Sequence record: MK250019.1
Strand: one strand, 5' to 3'
Length of the DNA stretch: 64,000 bases
The notes beneath the pieces were generated by a model. That model was not told the DNA's origin. It searched no databases and saw only the letters and a program-made list of their open reading frames with translations. Made by a program: the position numbers and the translations under genes. Positions 11,071 to 22,600 of this stretch are shown in pieces. Within the stretch, counting starts at the first letter, position 1; every line of letters starts with the position of its first letter.

Positions 11071-11841
11071 ATGAGCATTAGCAAAAATAATACAAAACAA
11101 GTAAAAACAGGTGTAGTTGAATCAATAGATGATCCTACATGTTCTGGACGTGTGAAAGTGAGAGTTGCAGGATTACATGATAACATAGCAACAGAGAATT
11201 TACCATGGTGTAATTATGCTGGTTCTGGTATGTTTTCAGGATCAGGTGGTGGTTAGATTTCAATACCACGTGTAGGAACAAAAGTAAGAGTAAGATTTGC
11301 ATAGGATGATGTCAATGCTATGGAATGGTATGGTACAAATTCAATAGATAGAAAATTATCAGAAGAAATTGCTTCAGATTATGAAGGTTCTTAGGTTCTT
11401 CTTTATGATTCTGAATATGATTTGTCTATCAAGTTTCAACCTGGTTCTGGATTGGCATTTTATTATAAAGGTTCATATATGCAAATGACACCTGATAATA
11501 CTATAACTATTCATTATGGACCTGATGAAACAACAGGTGTTTAGATTTAGTTAACAGATGGAAAGGTTTATATATAGGCACCATAGCAGATTAATATAAC
11601 ATCTGGCAATGAAGTTAATATTGAAGGGAAGATTATAACTTTAAATGGAACATCTGCTGTTCGTATAAAAGGAACAACACCGAATACATGTGCTGTTAAT
11701 GCGACACAACTTATGACATTGTTATAGACAATGGCAACAAATATAGATACAAAATTAGGATAGTCAAAATCTGGTATTTGCGCTGCTACTGTTTCCGGTT
11801 CTAAAGAGAAAATAATGAATCAACATATCCTTTATATTTAA
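11071..11841 (+). CDS. baseplate central spike/hub, T4 gp5 N-terminal OB-fold-like (256 aa, 9 TAG)
   Basis: GVVESIDDPTCSGRVKVRVAGLHD...LPWC...G*ISIPRVGTKVRV followed by beta-helix-like repeats. Continuous with TAG readthrough to TAA at 11839. Confidence 0.85.
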
Positions 11842-12015
11842 TAATGTACGTGTACATTATATAGTATTAGAATGAGATATTTTCATTGTTACAGTATAAG
11901 TATACTGGATCAAGAAAAACATTAAAAAATTGAGAGATTTCTTATGTTTTTCTTATGTTTTTGAAGAAAAAATATAAGTTTTTTGAGATATTATTTTTTA
12001 TTATGGAAAAATATG

Positions 12016-12025
12016 TGTATCTTTG
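12016..12025 (+). promoter_or_regulatory. Bacteroidota-type -7 promoter element (TGTATCTTTG)
   Basis: TAnnTTTG consensus about 48 nt upstream of ATG 12073. Confidence 0.75.
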
Positions 12026-12072
12026 TATTGTGATTAAAAAATAAAAGATATAACAATTAAAAAATAAAAAAT

Positions 12073-12723
12073 ATGAGTACAATTAAAGATATTTTCGTTG
12101 GTAAGAAAACACGTAATTCAATCTATACAGCAGATGCTATTAAGAATCTGCTTGTGAAGATTGCATGTGGTAAGACAAAGTATAATCTTACTACAAAGAC
12201 AGGTAAGAAGTGCTTCTACAATGAAGTTTATCATGCAATGGGCAAGTATTTCATGTTGGATATTGTGAATAAGAATCTGAAAGAATTCGGTATTGGTTCT
12301 GAAGAATCACTTGCAACAGCATTTATTGATAATAAAGAATTTCTTATTAATGAATGTAAGTTGAATCTTTCAGGTTTGGTTATTGAATCAAAATTTGAAA
12401 AGAAGGCAAAGGCATACATTAAGAAGTATGGAAATGGAATTGTACCGCCAACTGATGATAATGAATCTAAACTTTCAGATTTGGAACGTTGTGTTGTTGT
12501 ACGAACAAAGTATGGTACACATGACCCGTTGATGTATACTATTAAAGGTGCATTAACAACAGATATTGCAGATAGTGTGAAAGCTATGTATGCATATGAA
12601 TCAGGTTGTAATTATTATGAGGCTCGACCAATTCTTTATACTACATGGATTAATCTTCCAGATGAATATAAAAATGCATCTCGTCCATGTGAAGAGGATG
12701 ATTTGAAGAACGTAAATGAGTAA
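12073..12723 (+). CDS. hypothetical early protein (216 aa)
   Basis: Intact TAG-free ORF behind a host-type promoter. Confidence 0.8.
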   Translation: MSTIKDIFVGKKTRNSIYTADAIKNLLVKIACGKTKYNLTTKTGKKCFYNEVYHAMGKYFMLDIVNKNLKEFGIGSEESLATAFIDNKEFLINECKLNLSGLVIESKFEKKAKAYIKKYGNGIVPPTDDNESKLSDLERCVVVRTKYGTHDPLMYTIKGALTTDIADSVKAMYAYESGCNYYEARPILYTTWINLPDEYKNASRPCEEDDLKNVNE

Positions 12724-12731
12724 TATAAAAC

Positions 12732-12776
12732 AAAAAGAAATGTTTAGAATATAAATATCTAAACATTTCTTTTTTT
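12732..12776 (+). terminator. intrinsic terminator
   Basis: AAAAAGAAATGTTTAGA / TCTAAACATTTCTTTTT inverted repeat with a T-tract. Confidence 0.7.
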
Positions 12777-12782
12777 ATTAAT

Positions 12783-13313
12783 ATGACAGATAGAAAGTAT
12801 ATTAAATATGTAATTGATGAAGTTGTATTCAGAGAATTTCCAGATGAAGTTACATTGGCATTAAATATATCAGGTTGTCCAAATAATTGTCCTGGTTGTC
12901 ATTCATCATATTTAGCAAATGATATAGGTACTGAATTAACAGAAGATGTATTGGATAAACTAATTAATGATAATAAAGGTATTACATGTATAGGTTTTAT
13001 GGGCGGTGATAATAATCCTAAAGAAGTTGTAAGATTATCTATGTATGTTAAAGAAAAATATCCAAATTTACATACAGGTTGGTATTCTGGTAGGGAAGTA
13101 TTTCCATTACATCATGGCACTTTTGATTATATTAAATTAGGACCATGGAAAGAAGAATGTGGACCGTTAACATCAAAGACTACAAATCAGGTTATGTATA
13201 TGAAGGTAGATGGTGGTATAGATAATCCAATATTTGTTGATATTACAAAGAAAGCATTTCAGTCAGCAAAACCATGGGAAACTGATTATTTGGAGAATAA
13301 TGACAATGTGTAA
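12783..13313 (+). CDS. nrdG: anaerobic ribonucleotide reductase activating protein (radical SAM)
   Basis: VVFREFPDEVTLALNISGCPNNCPGCHS (CxxxCxxC), CIGFMGGD, DYIKLGPW and KTTNQ. Confidence 0.9.
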   Translation: MTDRKYIKYVIDEVVFREFPDEVTLALNISGCPNNCPGCHSSYLANDIGTELTEDVLDKLINDNKGITCIGFMGGDNNPKEVVRLSMYVKEKYPNLHTGWYSGREVFPLHHGTFDYIKLGPWKEECGPLTSKTTNQVMYMKVDGGIDNPIFVDITKKAFQSAKPWETDYLENNDNV

Positions 13314-13557
13314 AAATGAAAGGTAAATGTTACAAATTACATATAGTTTTGAGTAAATTAACAGATCTAGATCAGAAAATGATCCATTTTTATGCTGAAA
13401 AGCATGTTTTTTGAAAACAATTAGATAAATAAAATGTAAGATAGTTAAAGAATTTGATTATAGATAGTTATTAAAATAAATTACAAATATATAAAGAAAT
13501 TAAAAAACGGTTTTCACAAACAGTTTTCTAAAATTAAAAATAAATTAAATTTACGTT

Positions 13558-13662
13558 ATGAGAACAATTATGAACGCAGTTAAGAATGCTTGGACAGCAT
13601 ACTGTAATGGTAATTACGAAATGAATAAGGCAGTTTATGAAGCAGGACTTATTCTTATGTAA
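13558..13662 (+). CDS. small peptide (34 aa) MRTIMNAVKNAWTAYCNGNYEMNKAVYEAGLILM
   Basis: ORF has locally higher GC and is preceded by a 17-mer shared with the next small ORF. Confidence 0.55.
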   Translation: MRTIMNAVKNAWTAYCNGNYEMNKAVYEAGLILM

Positions 13663-13729
13663 TTTAAAAAATTGATAGTTAAAAAAGATAGTTAGAAAAA
13701 TTTTAAAATTAAATTTACGTTAGTTGATT

Positions 13730-13876
13730 ATGAAAAGATTTTTTAGTTTATTGAAGCGTGCTGGTAAAGCATACTGCAAAGCATATACAGAAGCTAACAC
13801 TATTGATTTAGGCAATGGTAAAGTTGCATATATTGGCGGTACTTGTGGCAATATGGGCGTTGTATATGTAGCTTAA
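13730..13876 (+). CDS. small peptide (48 aa) MKRFFSLLKRAGKAYCKAYTEANTIDLGNGKVAYIGGTCGNMGVVYVA
   Basis: Has the same upstream 17-mer (AAATTAAATTTACGTTA) and shares an AYC motif with the previous peptide. Confidence 0.6.
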   Translation: MKRFFSLLKRAGKAYCKAYTEANTIDLGNGKVAYIGGTCGNMGVVYVA

Positions 13877-14125
13877 TTTTTTAAGCAAAGATGAAGTATT
13901 TTTATTGACACACATTCAAATGAGCAATACGGCTCATTTGATTCGGTTATGGTTGGATTCCATATAAATAGTAAAATTATTTAGTGTTTTGTGATGTATT
14001 CATCTTTATTTTTAGAAAGTTATTTAATCCTTAATGGATATTCATATAATATGAATGATGATATGATTTAGGAATATTATAATCATATCAATAGTAATAT
14101 AAAAGAGGAAATAGTTTAATGTTAA

Positions 14126-14154
14126 AAAACTATTTCCTCTTTTTTTAATATAAT
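14126..14154 (+). promoter_or_regulatory. class II promoter (AAAACT-N17-TATAAT) upstream of sbcD, overlapping a terminator hairpin
   Basis: Exact 17-nt spacer, about 34 nt before ATG 14188. Confidence 0.55.
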
Positions 14155-14187
14155 AAACATAATAAAAAGTAATAGATTACTTAAATA

Positions 14188-15306
14188 ATGACAACAACAA
14201 AAAATATAATTTAGATTAAAGCAAGTAAATGTATTTTTCTTGCTGATATTCATTTAGGTGTAAGATCTGCATCAGAAGAATGGCAAGAAAATATTTCATC
14301 ATATTTTTATAATTGGTTTATTCCATATATAAAATCATTAGTGGAAAAAGATCCTACTTATTTTTTAGCAATTTTAGGTGATGTATATGATGATAGAAAA
14401 TCTATTGATATTAATGTAAATGATTTAGCAATAGATATATTTGAAATTTTAGGATCTATATTACCAGTTTATATTATAAACGGAAATCATGATCTATCTA
14501 AAAGAACAAACAAAGGAAATACATCATTAAGAAATTTAGATAATATTCCAAATGTTACAGTTATAAAAGAACCGACATTAATTAAGATTAAACCATCAAC
14601 TAAGATATTATCAAATATTATAGCAATACCATATTTGGGTTCACATGAAGAAGAAAATAAAGTATTACTTGAATATTCTGGTAAAGCAAATTATGCATGG
14701 ATGCATACAGATATTTCGCAAATGAAATTTGATAATGGTATGACTATTATCGGTGCAGTTGATTCAAAAATATTTAAAGGAAAAATATTATCAGGACATA
14801 TTCATAAACGTCAGGAATTAGGTAATGTTATTTATGTAGGTTCTCCATATCAGTTAAGAAGATCAGATATAGGAAATACAAAAGGAGTTTATACAGTAAA
14901 TTTTACTAATAACGAATTATTATTTGAAGAAAATAATTATAGTCCAATATTTCATAAAATAAAGGTAGAAGATTTTCTGAAACTAAGTGTTAAAGAAAGA
15001 GATGAATTTCTTAATAATAATTATAATGATATTCTTATAGAAGAATCTGATTTGAGAAAATATAAATCAGGAACAATATATGATATGGCAAATCTTTCTA
15101 ATGCAAAGAGAGTGCAAATTATTGTTAATAAATCTCATCATGATTTGGATAATATAGATAATGAAGAATATAAAGAATTATCTATTGAAGAACTTATCAA
15201 TGAATCAATTTCACAATTAGATGTTGATGATGAAACAAAAGGCAGATTAAAGAATATCAGTAGAGACAGATTAAAACAAGCAGAAAATGAATTAAATGAA
15301 GTTTAA
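14188..15306 (+). CDS. SbcD/Mre11 (gp47-like) recombination nuclease (372 aa, one TAG at codon 9)
   Basis: Metallophosphoesterase motifs ADIHLG, LGDVYD, GNHD and GHIH. The N-terminal DIH motif lies upstream of the track ORF. Confidence 0.92.
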
Positions 15307-15367
15307 TTATAAATAAATTATCACAAATTATTAAGTTTGTGTTAAAATTAATTAAACTAATTTTTAA

Positions 15368-15583
15368 ATGGATACTATAACATTTATAACAATATATTTT
15401 TTAATAGGATTAATAACATATATATACTTTATTACTTTAGTTAATAAAGCTGAATTAACTTTAGAATGTAAAATAAAGATATTCTTAATTTCAATTTTGG
15501 CAAGTCCATTAGTTATTCTATTAGAATTGTTTGTTTTAATTTTAAATAGAACACGTAATTTAAATGAAGATAGAGAAGATTGA
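15368..15583 (+). CDS. small membrane protein (71 aa)
   Basis: Two hydrophobic segments; overlaps the sbcC start. Confidence 0.6.
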   Translation: MDTITFITIYFLIGLITYIYFITLVNKAELTLECKIKIFLISILASPLVILLELFVLILNRTRNLNEDRED

Positions 15584-17240
15584 ATTTCGTAATTTATTTT
15601 CATATGGTGAATAGGTATAGGAAATAAATTATGATGATACGGGAAAACTTATACTTTTAAAAGGTTAGAGTGGGGCAGGTAAATCTGCAATTCTTTCATT
15701 ACCATGTTTATTATTATATGGAAAAATAGAAAAAGTTCCAAAAACTTCTATTGCAAATAGAATTAATAAAAATGGTTGGATGAGAGGAACAATTAAACAG
15801 GGGTAGCATACATATGTAATAGAAAGAAAGTTTTCTCCAAATGGTGTAACAGTATTTAAAGATAATGAAAATATTGAAAATTATGGAACAAAAGATGCAT
15901 AGTCATTTATTGATTCAGAAATTATAGATATTCCATAGGCAACATATTCAAACATGATTTCAATTTCAATGAAGTCATTTAAATCATTTCTTAAAATGTC
16001 ACCAGCAGATAGAAAACAGATTATAGACAGAGTTTTTGATTTGGAAATTATCAATGTTGTTTTTGAAAATCTTAAAAAAGATATGAGAGAATTAGGTTCT
16101 TCTATAAATGCAGATAATTCTACCATATTTTCTTTAAACCAAACTATATAGAATGCAAATAATGAATTAATTCAAATTCAGCAGAAAATATAGTCGAAAG
16201 AAAGTAAAGATAAGATTGAAGAAAATAATAATAAAATTTAGGAAGATAATCAGAAACTTAAAACATTAAATGATGGTTATAATCAATATGTATAGAAACA
16301 GCAAGAAATAACAAATCAATTTAATTCTATTAAAAATTAGCAGATTGAAAATTCTGTTAATATACGATAGATTCAAGAAAAGATTAATCTTTTTAAATAG
16401 GAAAAATGCCCTACATGCGGATGTTCTTTTTCATCTGAACAATTTAATGAATTAAGAGAAAATCTTAATAAGTTAATGCAAGATAAAATGAATATTGATA
16501 CATAGTTACAAGGTTAGATGAAAACACTTACAGATAACAGTAAAATTGTATCAGATTATCTTAATAAAATCGCGTCTGCTGTAACGAAAATCAATTAGAG
16601 TATAAATGCATTAAATTCAGAAAATCTTGTGATACAGGAGAAATTAAAGTCTAATTCTGAATATAAAGCTGTACAAAATATTATTGAAAAAACTACTGAT
16701 TAGTTAAATGTAATTAAAAAGAATATTGAAGATAAAAATCAATAGATGTTAGATTTACAGAATTTATCTTTAGTATATTCAATAGATGGTGTAAAACAAA
16801 AAGTTATTAATAATTATTTGCCTTTATTAAATAAAGAAATTGAGGATAATTTAATATAGTTGAATATTCCATATGGATTGGAATTTGACAGTAAATTTGA
16901 TCCGCATCTTAAAGATTTAGGTAATGAATTAGATCCAGTTACATTAAGTGATGGAGAAATGACAAGAGTTGATATAGTTGTTTTATGTAGTTTATTTAAA
17001 TTACTTAAAAGACGATACCCATCAATTAATACATTTACATTAGATGAAGTTATTTCTACATTGGACAATTCAAATTCAGGGGCAGTATTGGAATTTTTAA
17101 AGAATTTTGCAAAAGATAATAAATTGAATTGTTTTGTAGTATCACATACAGATTTATACTTGGAAAATTTTGATGAAATAATAGAAGTTGAAAAACATAA
17201 CGGATTTTCAAGATTTACTGTTATGTTAACATCACAATAA
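15564..17240 (+). CDS. SbcC/Rad50 (gp46-like) ATPase (558 aa, about 19 TAG)
   Basis: MKIEKIEFRNLFSYG, Walker A G*SGAGKS, Zn-hook CPTC, signature LSDGE, Walker B FTLDE and VVSH. Three track ORFs lie in one frame. Confidence 0.92.
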
Positions 17241-17243
17241 TTT

Positions 17244-17274
17244 AAAGGATACTAATTCATTTAGTATCCTTTTT
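17244..17274 (+). terminator. intrinsic terminator
   Basis: AAAGGATACTAA / TTAGTATCCTTT plus a T-tract. Confidence 0.7.
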
Positions 17275-17317
17275 GCTTATTAATAAAACTTTATATATTT
17301 TACATTATATAAACTAT

Positions 17318-18448
17318 ATGGATAACAGTAATAATATATTTGACACATCATCATTAACGATTAAAAAAATGTCGGATGATGATTTTTACATGGAAACTAC
17401 ATCAAAGTTACAGGAAATTCTTCAACATGAATTTAGAGGAATTCCTTATAAGCAACAAATAAAGAAAACTATTGATGGACTTAATTTCGCATGTCCGTTT
17501 TGTGGTGATTCTGCAACAGATATACGAAAAAAACGAGCACATTTTATACTTAAAGGAAATTGGGCAGGAAATTTTAAATGTTTTAATTGCGGAAAATTTA
17601 TGAAAATTCATAATTTCTTTAAGTCATTCGATGTGCCTATGTCATTATCTGCCATTACTTATGTAAATGAACATGTAACTAATATACCATCATATAATGC
17701 AAATTCAACTGAAATTACATCAGAAGTATTAGATAAAACATCTGTTATTCAATATTCTGTTAAAAAAGATTATATAAAAAAATATTTAAATCTTTTAGAA
17801 ATTAATGATGTTAATGCAAAACCAGGGTATCTTTATTTAGTAAATAGATGTCAATTTAATTTTGATAATTTTTTGTATGATCCAAAAGGACAATATATTG
17901 TTATTTTAAATTTAGTTGATAATGATAAGGTATTCGGTATTCAGATTAGAGATATAACAGGTAAGAAAAAAGCTAAATATCTTACAATGTCATTATCAAA
18001 AATTCATCATAAAATATTAAAAGATAATATAGAAATACCAGTAAATGTAGAAGCATTATCAACTGTATTTAATATATTTAATATTGATATTTACAGACCT
18101 GTATTAGTAACAGAAGGACCGTTTGATGCATTCCTTCTGCCTAATTGTATCGCAACATCAGGTGCATCTAAATCTATTGGTATTGATTTACCATTTTGGT
18201 TTGTATATGATTCAGATAAGACAGGAAATGAACATGCGATGAAAATGTTACAGGAAGGATATAATGTTTTTATGTGGGAAAAACTAAAGAAAGATTTAGG
18301 ATTACCAGATAAAAATCCATATTCATCAAATAAATTAAAATGGGATATTAATGATGTAATTAAATGGTGTAGAGATAATAATTATAAACAAACTATATAT
18401 TGGTCTAAATATTTTTCTAATGATATGTTAGATGGATTAGACATTTAA
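17318..18448 (+). CDS. DNA primase (T4 gp61-like)
   Basis: Zn-finger CPFCGDS...CFNC and TOPRIM VTEGPFDA...DSD. The ATG at 17318 is preferred over the TTG at 17273. Confidence 0.88.
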   Translation: MDNSNNIFDTSSLTIKKMSDDDFYMETTSKLQEILQHEFRGIPYKQQIKKTIDGLNFACPFCGDSATDIRKKRAHFILKGNWAGNFKCFNCGKFMKIHNFFKSFDVPMSLSAITYVNEHVTNIPSYNANSTEITSEVLDKTSVIQYSVKKDYIKKYLNLLEINDVNAKPGYLYLVNRCQFNFDNFLYDPKGQYIVILNLVDNDKVFGIQIRDITGKKKAKYLTMSLSKIHHKILKDNIEIPVNVEALSTVFNIFNIDIYRPVLVTEGPFDAFLLPNCIATSGASKSIGIDLPFWFVYDSDKTGNEHAMKMLQEGYNVFMWEKLKKDLGLPDKNPYSSNKLKWDINDVIKWCRDNNYKQTIYWSKYFSNDMLDGLDI

Positions 18449-18493
18449 TAGAATGTGTTATATAAAGTATATAATAATATTAATTTAAAAGTT

Positions 18494-19432
18494 ATGGCAA
18501 AAATGAAGCAAAATCTTTCTGATATTTTTTCAGGAGTTAATAAAGAATTATTGAATTCTACAAAGGATAAGTTTAACAAATTGTCAAGTGTAGAAAAGAA
18601 GAAAGTACTTGATAATACAAATAAACTTATGGAGACATTCTGTGATATTTGTGGTGTTGAAAATAAGTATCATTTGACAGAGGAAATGTTTGATGATGCA
18701 AAAGAAAAGTGTAAGGAAACTACAAAAAATATCAAAGATTCTATTAAGGAATCAAAGGATAATCTTGCAGAAATTGCGCGTGATACATTGAATAAATTGG
18801 GTATTTCTGATGAGTTTATTAAGTCATGTAAGGTTGATAATGATAAGATTTATATTGATGTTCAAATGCCGGTAGATTCAGATATTAATGATATTGATTT
18901 GAATATTGATAATGATGGTGTATCATATGATCAGCAGGCAGAGGAACCACATAATGTACCAAAGTTTACTAGAAAGAATAAAGTAAAGAATAAGAAAGTT
19001 CGTCTTAGTAATAAGATTAAATTTAGAGATAATCATCCTGTTGTTGGGACAGAACAGATTGCAGATGATACTACACATATTCTTAATAGACTTAAGGCAG
19101 AAGCAAAAGAGAATGAAGTAAATGAACCAAAGATTAATTTGGATGATATTAAGCAGATTCTTATTGATAAGATTGAAGCTATTCTTGAAGATGAAAATAC
19201 ACATGCTTATACAGTTTATCCACGTGAAGGTGATGTACCAGCATCTGTACAGGTAACACTTGATGATGTATGTGGTTGCGTACGAGAACATCTTAATATT
19301 CTTACAGATGTTGCAGATGCAATTAAGGATAAGTACGGTTTTCCAGAAGTATATGTACATATGATGGAAAACGATGATACTTATAATGATAATACAGTTT
19401 CTGTAGGAATTATATGTATGTTGGAAGATTAA
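18494..19432 (+). CDS. hypothetical protein (312 aa)
   Basis: TAG-free ORF. TAGACA-N17-TATAAA at 18438-18466 precedes ATG 18494. Confidence 0.8.
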   Translation: MAKMKQNLSDIFSGVNKELLNSTKDKFNKLSSVEKKKVLDNTNKLMETFCDICGVENKYHLTEEMFDDAKEKCKETTKNIKDSIKESKDNLAEIARDTLNKLGISDEFIKSCKVDNDKIYIDVQMPVDSDINDIDLNIDNDGVSYDQQAEEPHNVPKFTRKNKVKNKKVRLSNKIKFRDNHPVVGTEQIADDTTHILNRLKAEAKENEVNEPKINLDDIKQILIDKIEAILEDENTHAYTVYPREGDVPASVQVTLDDVCGCVREHLNILTDVADAIKDKYGFPEVYVHMMENDDTYNDNTVSVGIICMLED

Positions 19433-19468
19433 TTATTTTTCATAATTATATTTTTAATTTTGTATTTT

Positions 19469-19507
19469 AATGCTAATCTATTATTGCTAATAGATTAGCA
19501 TTTTTTA
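19469..19507 (+). terminator. intrinsic terminator
   Basis: AATGCTAATCTATT / AATAGATTAGCATT plus a T-tract. Confidence 0.7.
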
Positions 19508-19617
19508 TTTATGTTTTTGATTATAAATATAAAAAATAATTTTTATCTAAATCAAAATTATATGTAATTATTGATAAGATAAATAATAAAAAGAAAATTT
19601 ATTTAATAAAACATAAT

Positions 19618-22600
19618 ATGGGAAAAATTTCTATTGACTTATCTACTATAAAATCAGCAGGTATTTATACTATAGAAATCGATAACTCACAACGTGAGGT
19701 AACAAATCCTACTTCACTTCGTTTGTTACCTGGTTTTAATAATAAAGGTCCTTTCAACCGTCCAGTATTTATGCAGTATGAATCTGAACGTCAGAAGATC
19801 TTTGGAGATATTGATAGTAAGCTTGAGTAGAAAGGTTGTTTCTTTAATAGAATGGCATAGACAATGCTTAAGAACGGTCCTATATTGGCTCTTAATTTGT
19901 TAAAAGTTGATGATTCAATTGATGGTCCAGACCAGGTAAACTATGCTACAATGTCATTAGATTCATGTAAGCCAAATCCTAAAGTTACAAGCGCAGGAAA
20001 AACTTATGGTGAATATGATTATCAGGCAGCAACAATTAATAATAAGTTATATGGTTCAAAACAGGGTGATGTAATTCCTTATGTAGGTAAAACACCATAT
20101 GCAAGTTTGTTTGACCGTGCACGTTTCTGGATTCCTTCTAAGAATAATCTTCAGGCAGTTGCAGCTAACGGCTTATTGAGTAATGATCAGGGTTCATATG
20201 AACATACTAATTTACTTAATTTTGCAAATACAGGTACTGATGAAATTTCAATTCTTGTTTATAAACCAGAAAATGTTACAGGTTATAATGTAACTGCAAA
20301 AGAATGGTGGGGTGGTGATGAAAACATTCCTTATGGATGGATTCGTCCATCTGATTATATTTCAGATTACTTTATCCGCGTTGTTGCAATTAAAGGTAAT
20401 TGGACAAATTATCCAGTTCTTGCAAGTGATCCTATTTGGAGTAAGTATTTCGATAAGAATGGTGTAATTAAGAATAAAGTTTCATCATTATGTTCAGCAG
20501 AAGGCGTAACATTTATCGGTTCTTGGACAGGTTCAATTATTCCTGACTTTGTTGATAAACAAGGTAATTATATGTATATTGAATCAAAGGTAAATGCAAA
20601 TACAGAACGTACTGGTCTTTTGATGTCTGTAAATGAAGATGCTCTTCAGGTTATTTCATATGACAAGAATGGTGTTGATATTGAAACAGGTAATGAAAAC
20701 GGTACAGGTACATGGGTATTTGATTTTGATGGAAATAAACAAGCAGAATCAGAACTCGGTGAAAGTTCAATTAATGAATCTGGTTATCTTGTTGATATGG
20801 TTGGACATAATTTACAAAATGGTATTTATGCAGATAACTATTATTTAAATCTTGCCCATCCATTGTCAAATGAACAAAAACTTCCAGATGAGTCTGTTTT
20901 ATGTTATACATATTATTTCCAGAAAACACAGGCTAGTTGTACAAAAGATTTAAATGCATGGTGTATGTCATTTAATGGTAGAGATACATTATCAACAGAA
21001 GATGATGTAGTTCCTGCAGCAAAAATCAGAGTGCTTTATTGTAAAAATCAATCAATTGATACAAAGAAATTTGTAAAGGCATATTCAGTATATAATGCAG
21101 AAACAAATCAACCTGTTAAAGCAAATAATTCTAAATATGGTGCAAACTTCTATATTATGGAAGAATATAATGTTGATGAAAAGAAATCATCATTATCTGC
21201 AGAACTTTAGAACTGTTTAACAAAACCTCTTACTGATTTAACTAATGAATCTGGAAAGAAAACATTAGAGGTGATAACTACAAAACTTAAGGCATTACCT
21301 GTATATGCTCAACCTAATTTAAAGGTTTCATATAATATAAAGGATGTTGTATATAAACTTGATAATAAAAATAAGTTTACTACACAACAAGCAACAGTCG
21401 CAGATGTAATTTCAAAGGATGCAAAATATCTTTATATTAAAGAAGTACCTGTAACATCTGATACAAATGATAACTATGTATATGAGGATAAGACTATGTA
21501 TTATGGTACATACGCAATTCCTACGGTACCAGTTTCTAAAGCAACATCTGATACTGATAATACAAATGATAAGGTAGAAGTTAAGTTATTCTCTGTAATA
21601 GCTGGAACTAAAACAAATTCATATGCAATTATCCATGATTTGGGAACAATTACTACTACAACTGCAACTAATAAGTTAATTCCTGTTGAAATTACAAATT
21701 ATAAGGATTCAAAAGCAGATACAGGTACTAGTGCAAAAGCTCAAGGATTTACATTCAGCTATGGTGGAAATGATTACTTTGTCAGAGGTATCAGCGCAAT
21801 ACCACAAGCAGGAGGTATTTATACAGCTATGTATAAACTTGTTAATTCTGATACCCCAACTTATTTCGGTGTAAACTTCATGTCTTATAACTATATTACA
21901 GAACATGTAAGTGAAGTTATTACAAATGCATATAATGCATATTACTTTAATGGATATAAGAATACTTCAAGTGTTGCAGCAGCAGTTAATTTACAAACTA
22001 CTGATTTATATGATGAAGGTACATGTCCAGTAACAGATACAAATTTAAATTCATTCATTATTACTAATGAAACAGAAGCAAATAATATATCTGTAGGCGA
22101 TTATGTAAATAATATTTCATTCTATAATAATGTTGGTGAAGCAGAAAAATATAATTTGATTCCTGGTATTACACGAGTTATTACAAAGGTATTCGTTAAT
22201 GTTGATGCTCGTAATGAATTCTATTATAAGGGTTCTAAATATCATATTAATATTGGAGCACTTGGTGATGGTAATTTAATTGAAACAACTGCAGGTAAGA
22301 GAGGATTCTATTTGTTCACAACATTAGATCCTGTTTATATCAGTGATACTAATTATGTTGTTCGTCAGAAACCAATTACAGATGATAGTATTTCACATAA
22401 TTTGAAGTTTATCCCTCTTAAAGGTTTGCATATTTCAGCAAAACACCGTCCAGGATTTGATGAATATGGAAAACTTGATATTGAAGGTGGTATTGAAAAG
22501 ATTTACTCAATGCTTCAGGATGATGGAATTCATAGAGGTCTTTGTAATCCTAATATGGTTGATTACCGCTATATCGTTGACTCAATGTCATATGGTTTAA

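Noticed and set aside
13317-13500. Short ORFs after nrdG
   Set aside because: All are 33 codons or fewer, with no consistent start context.
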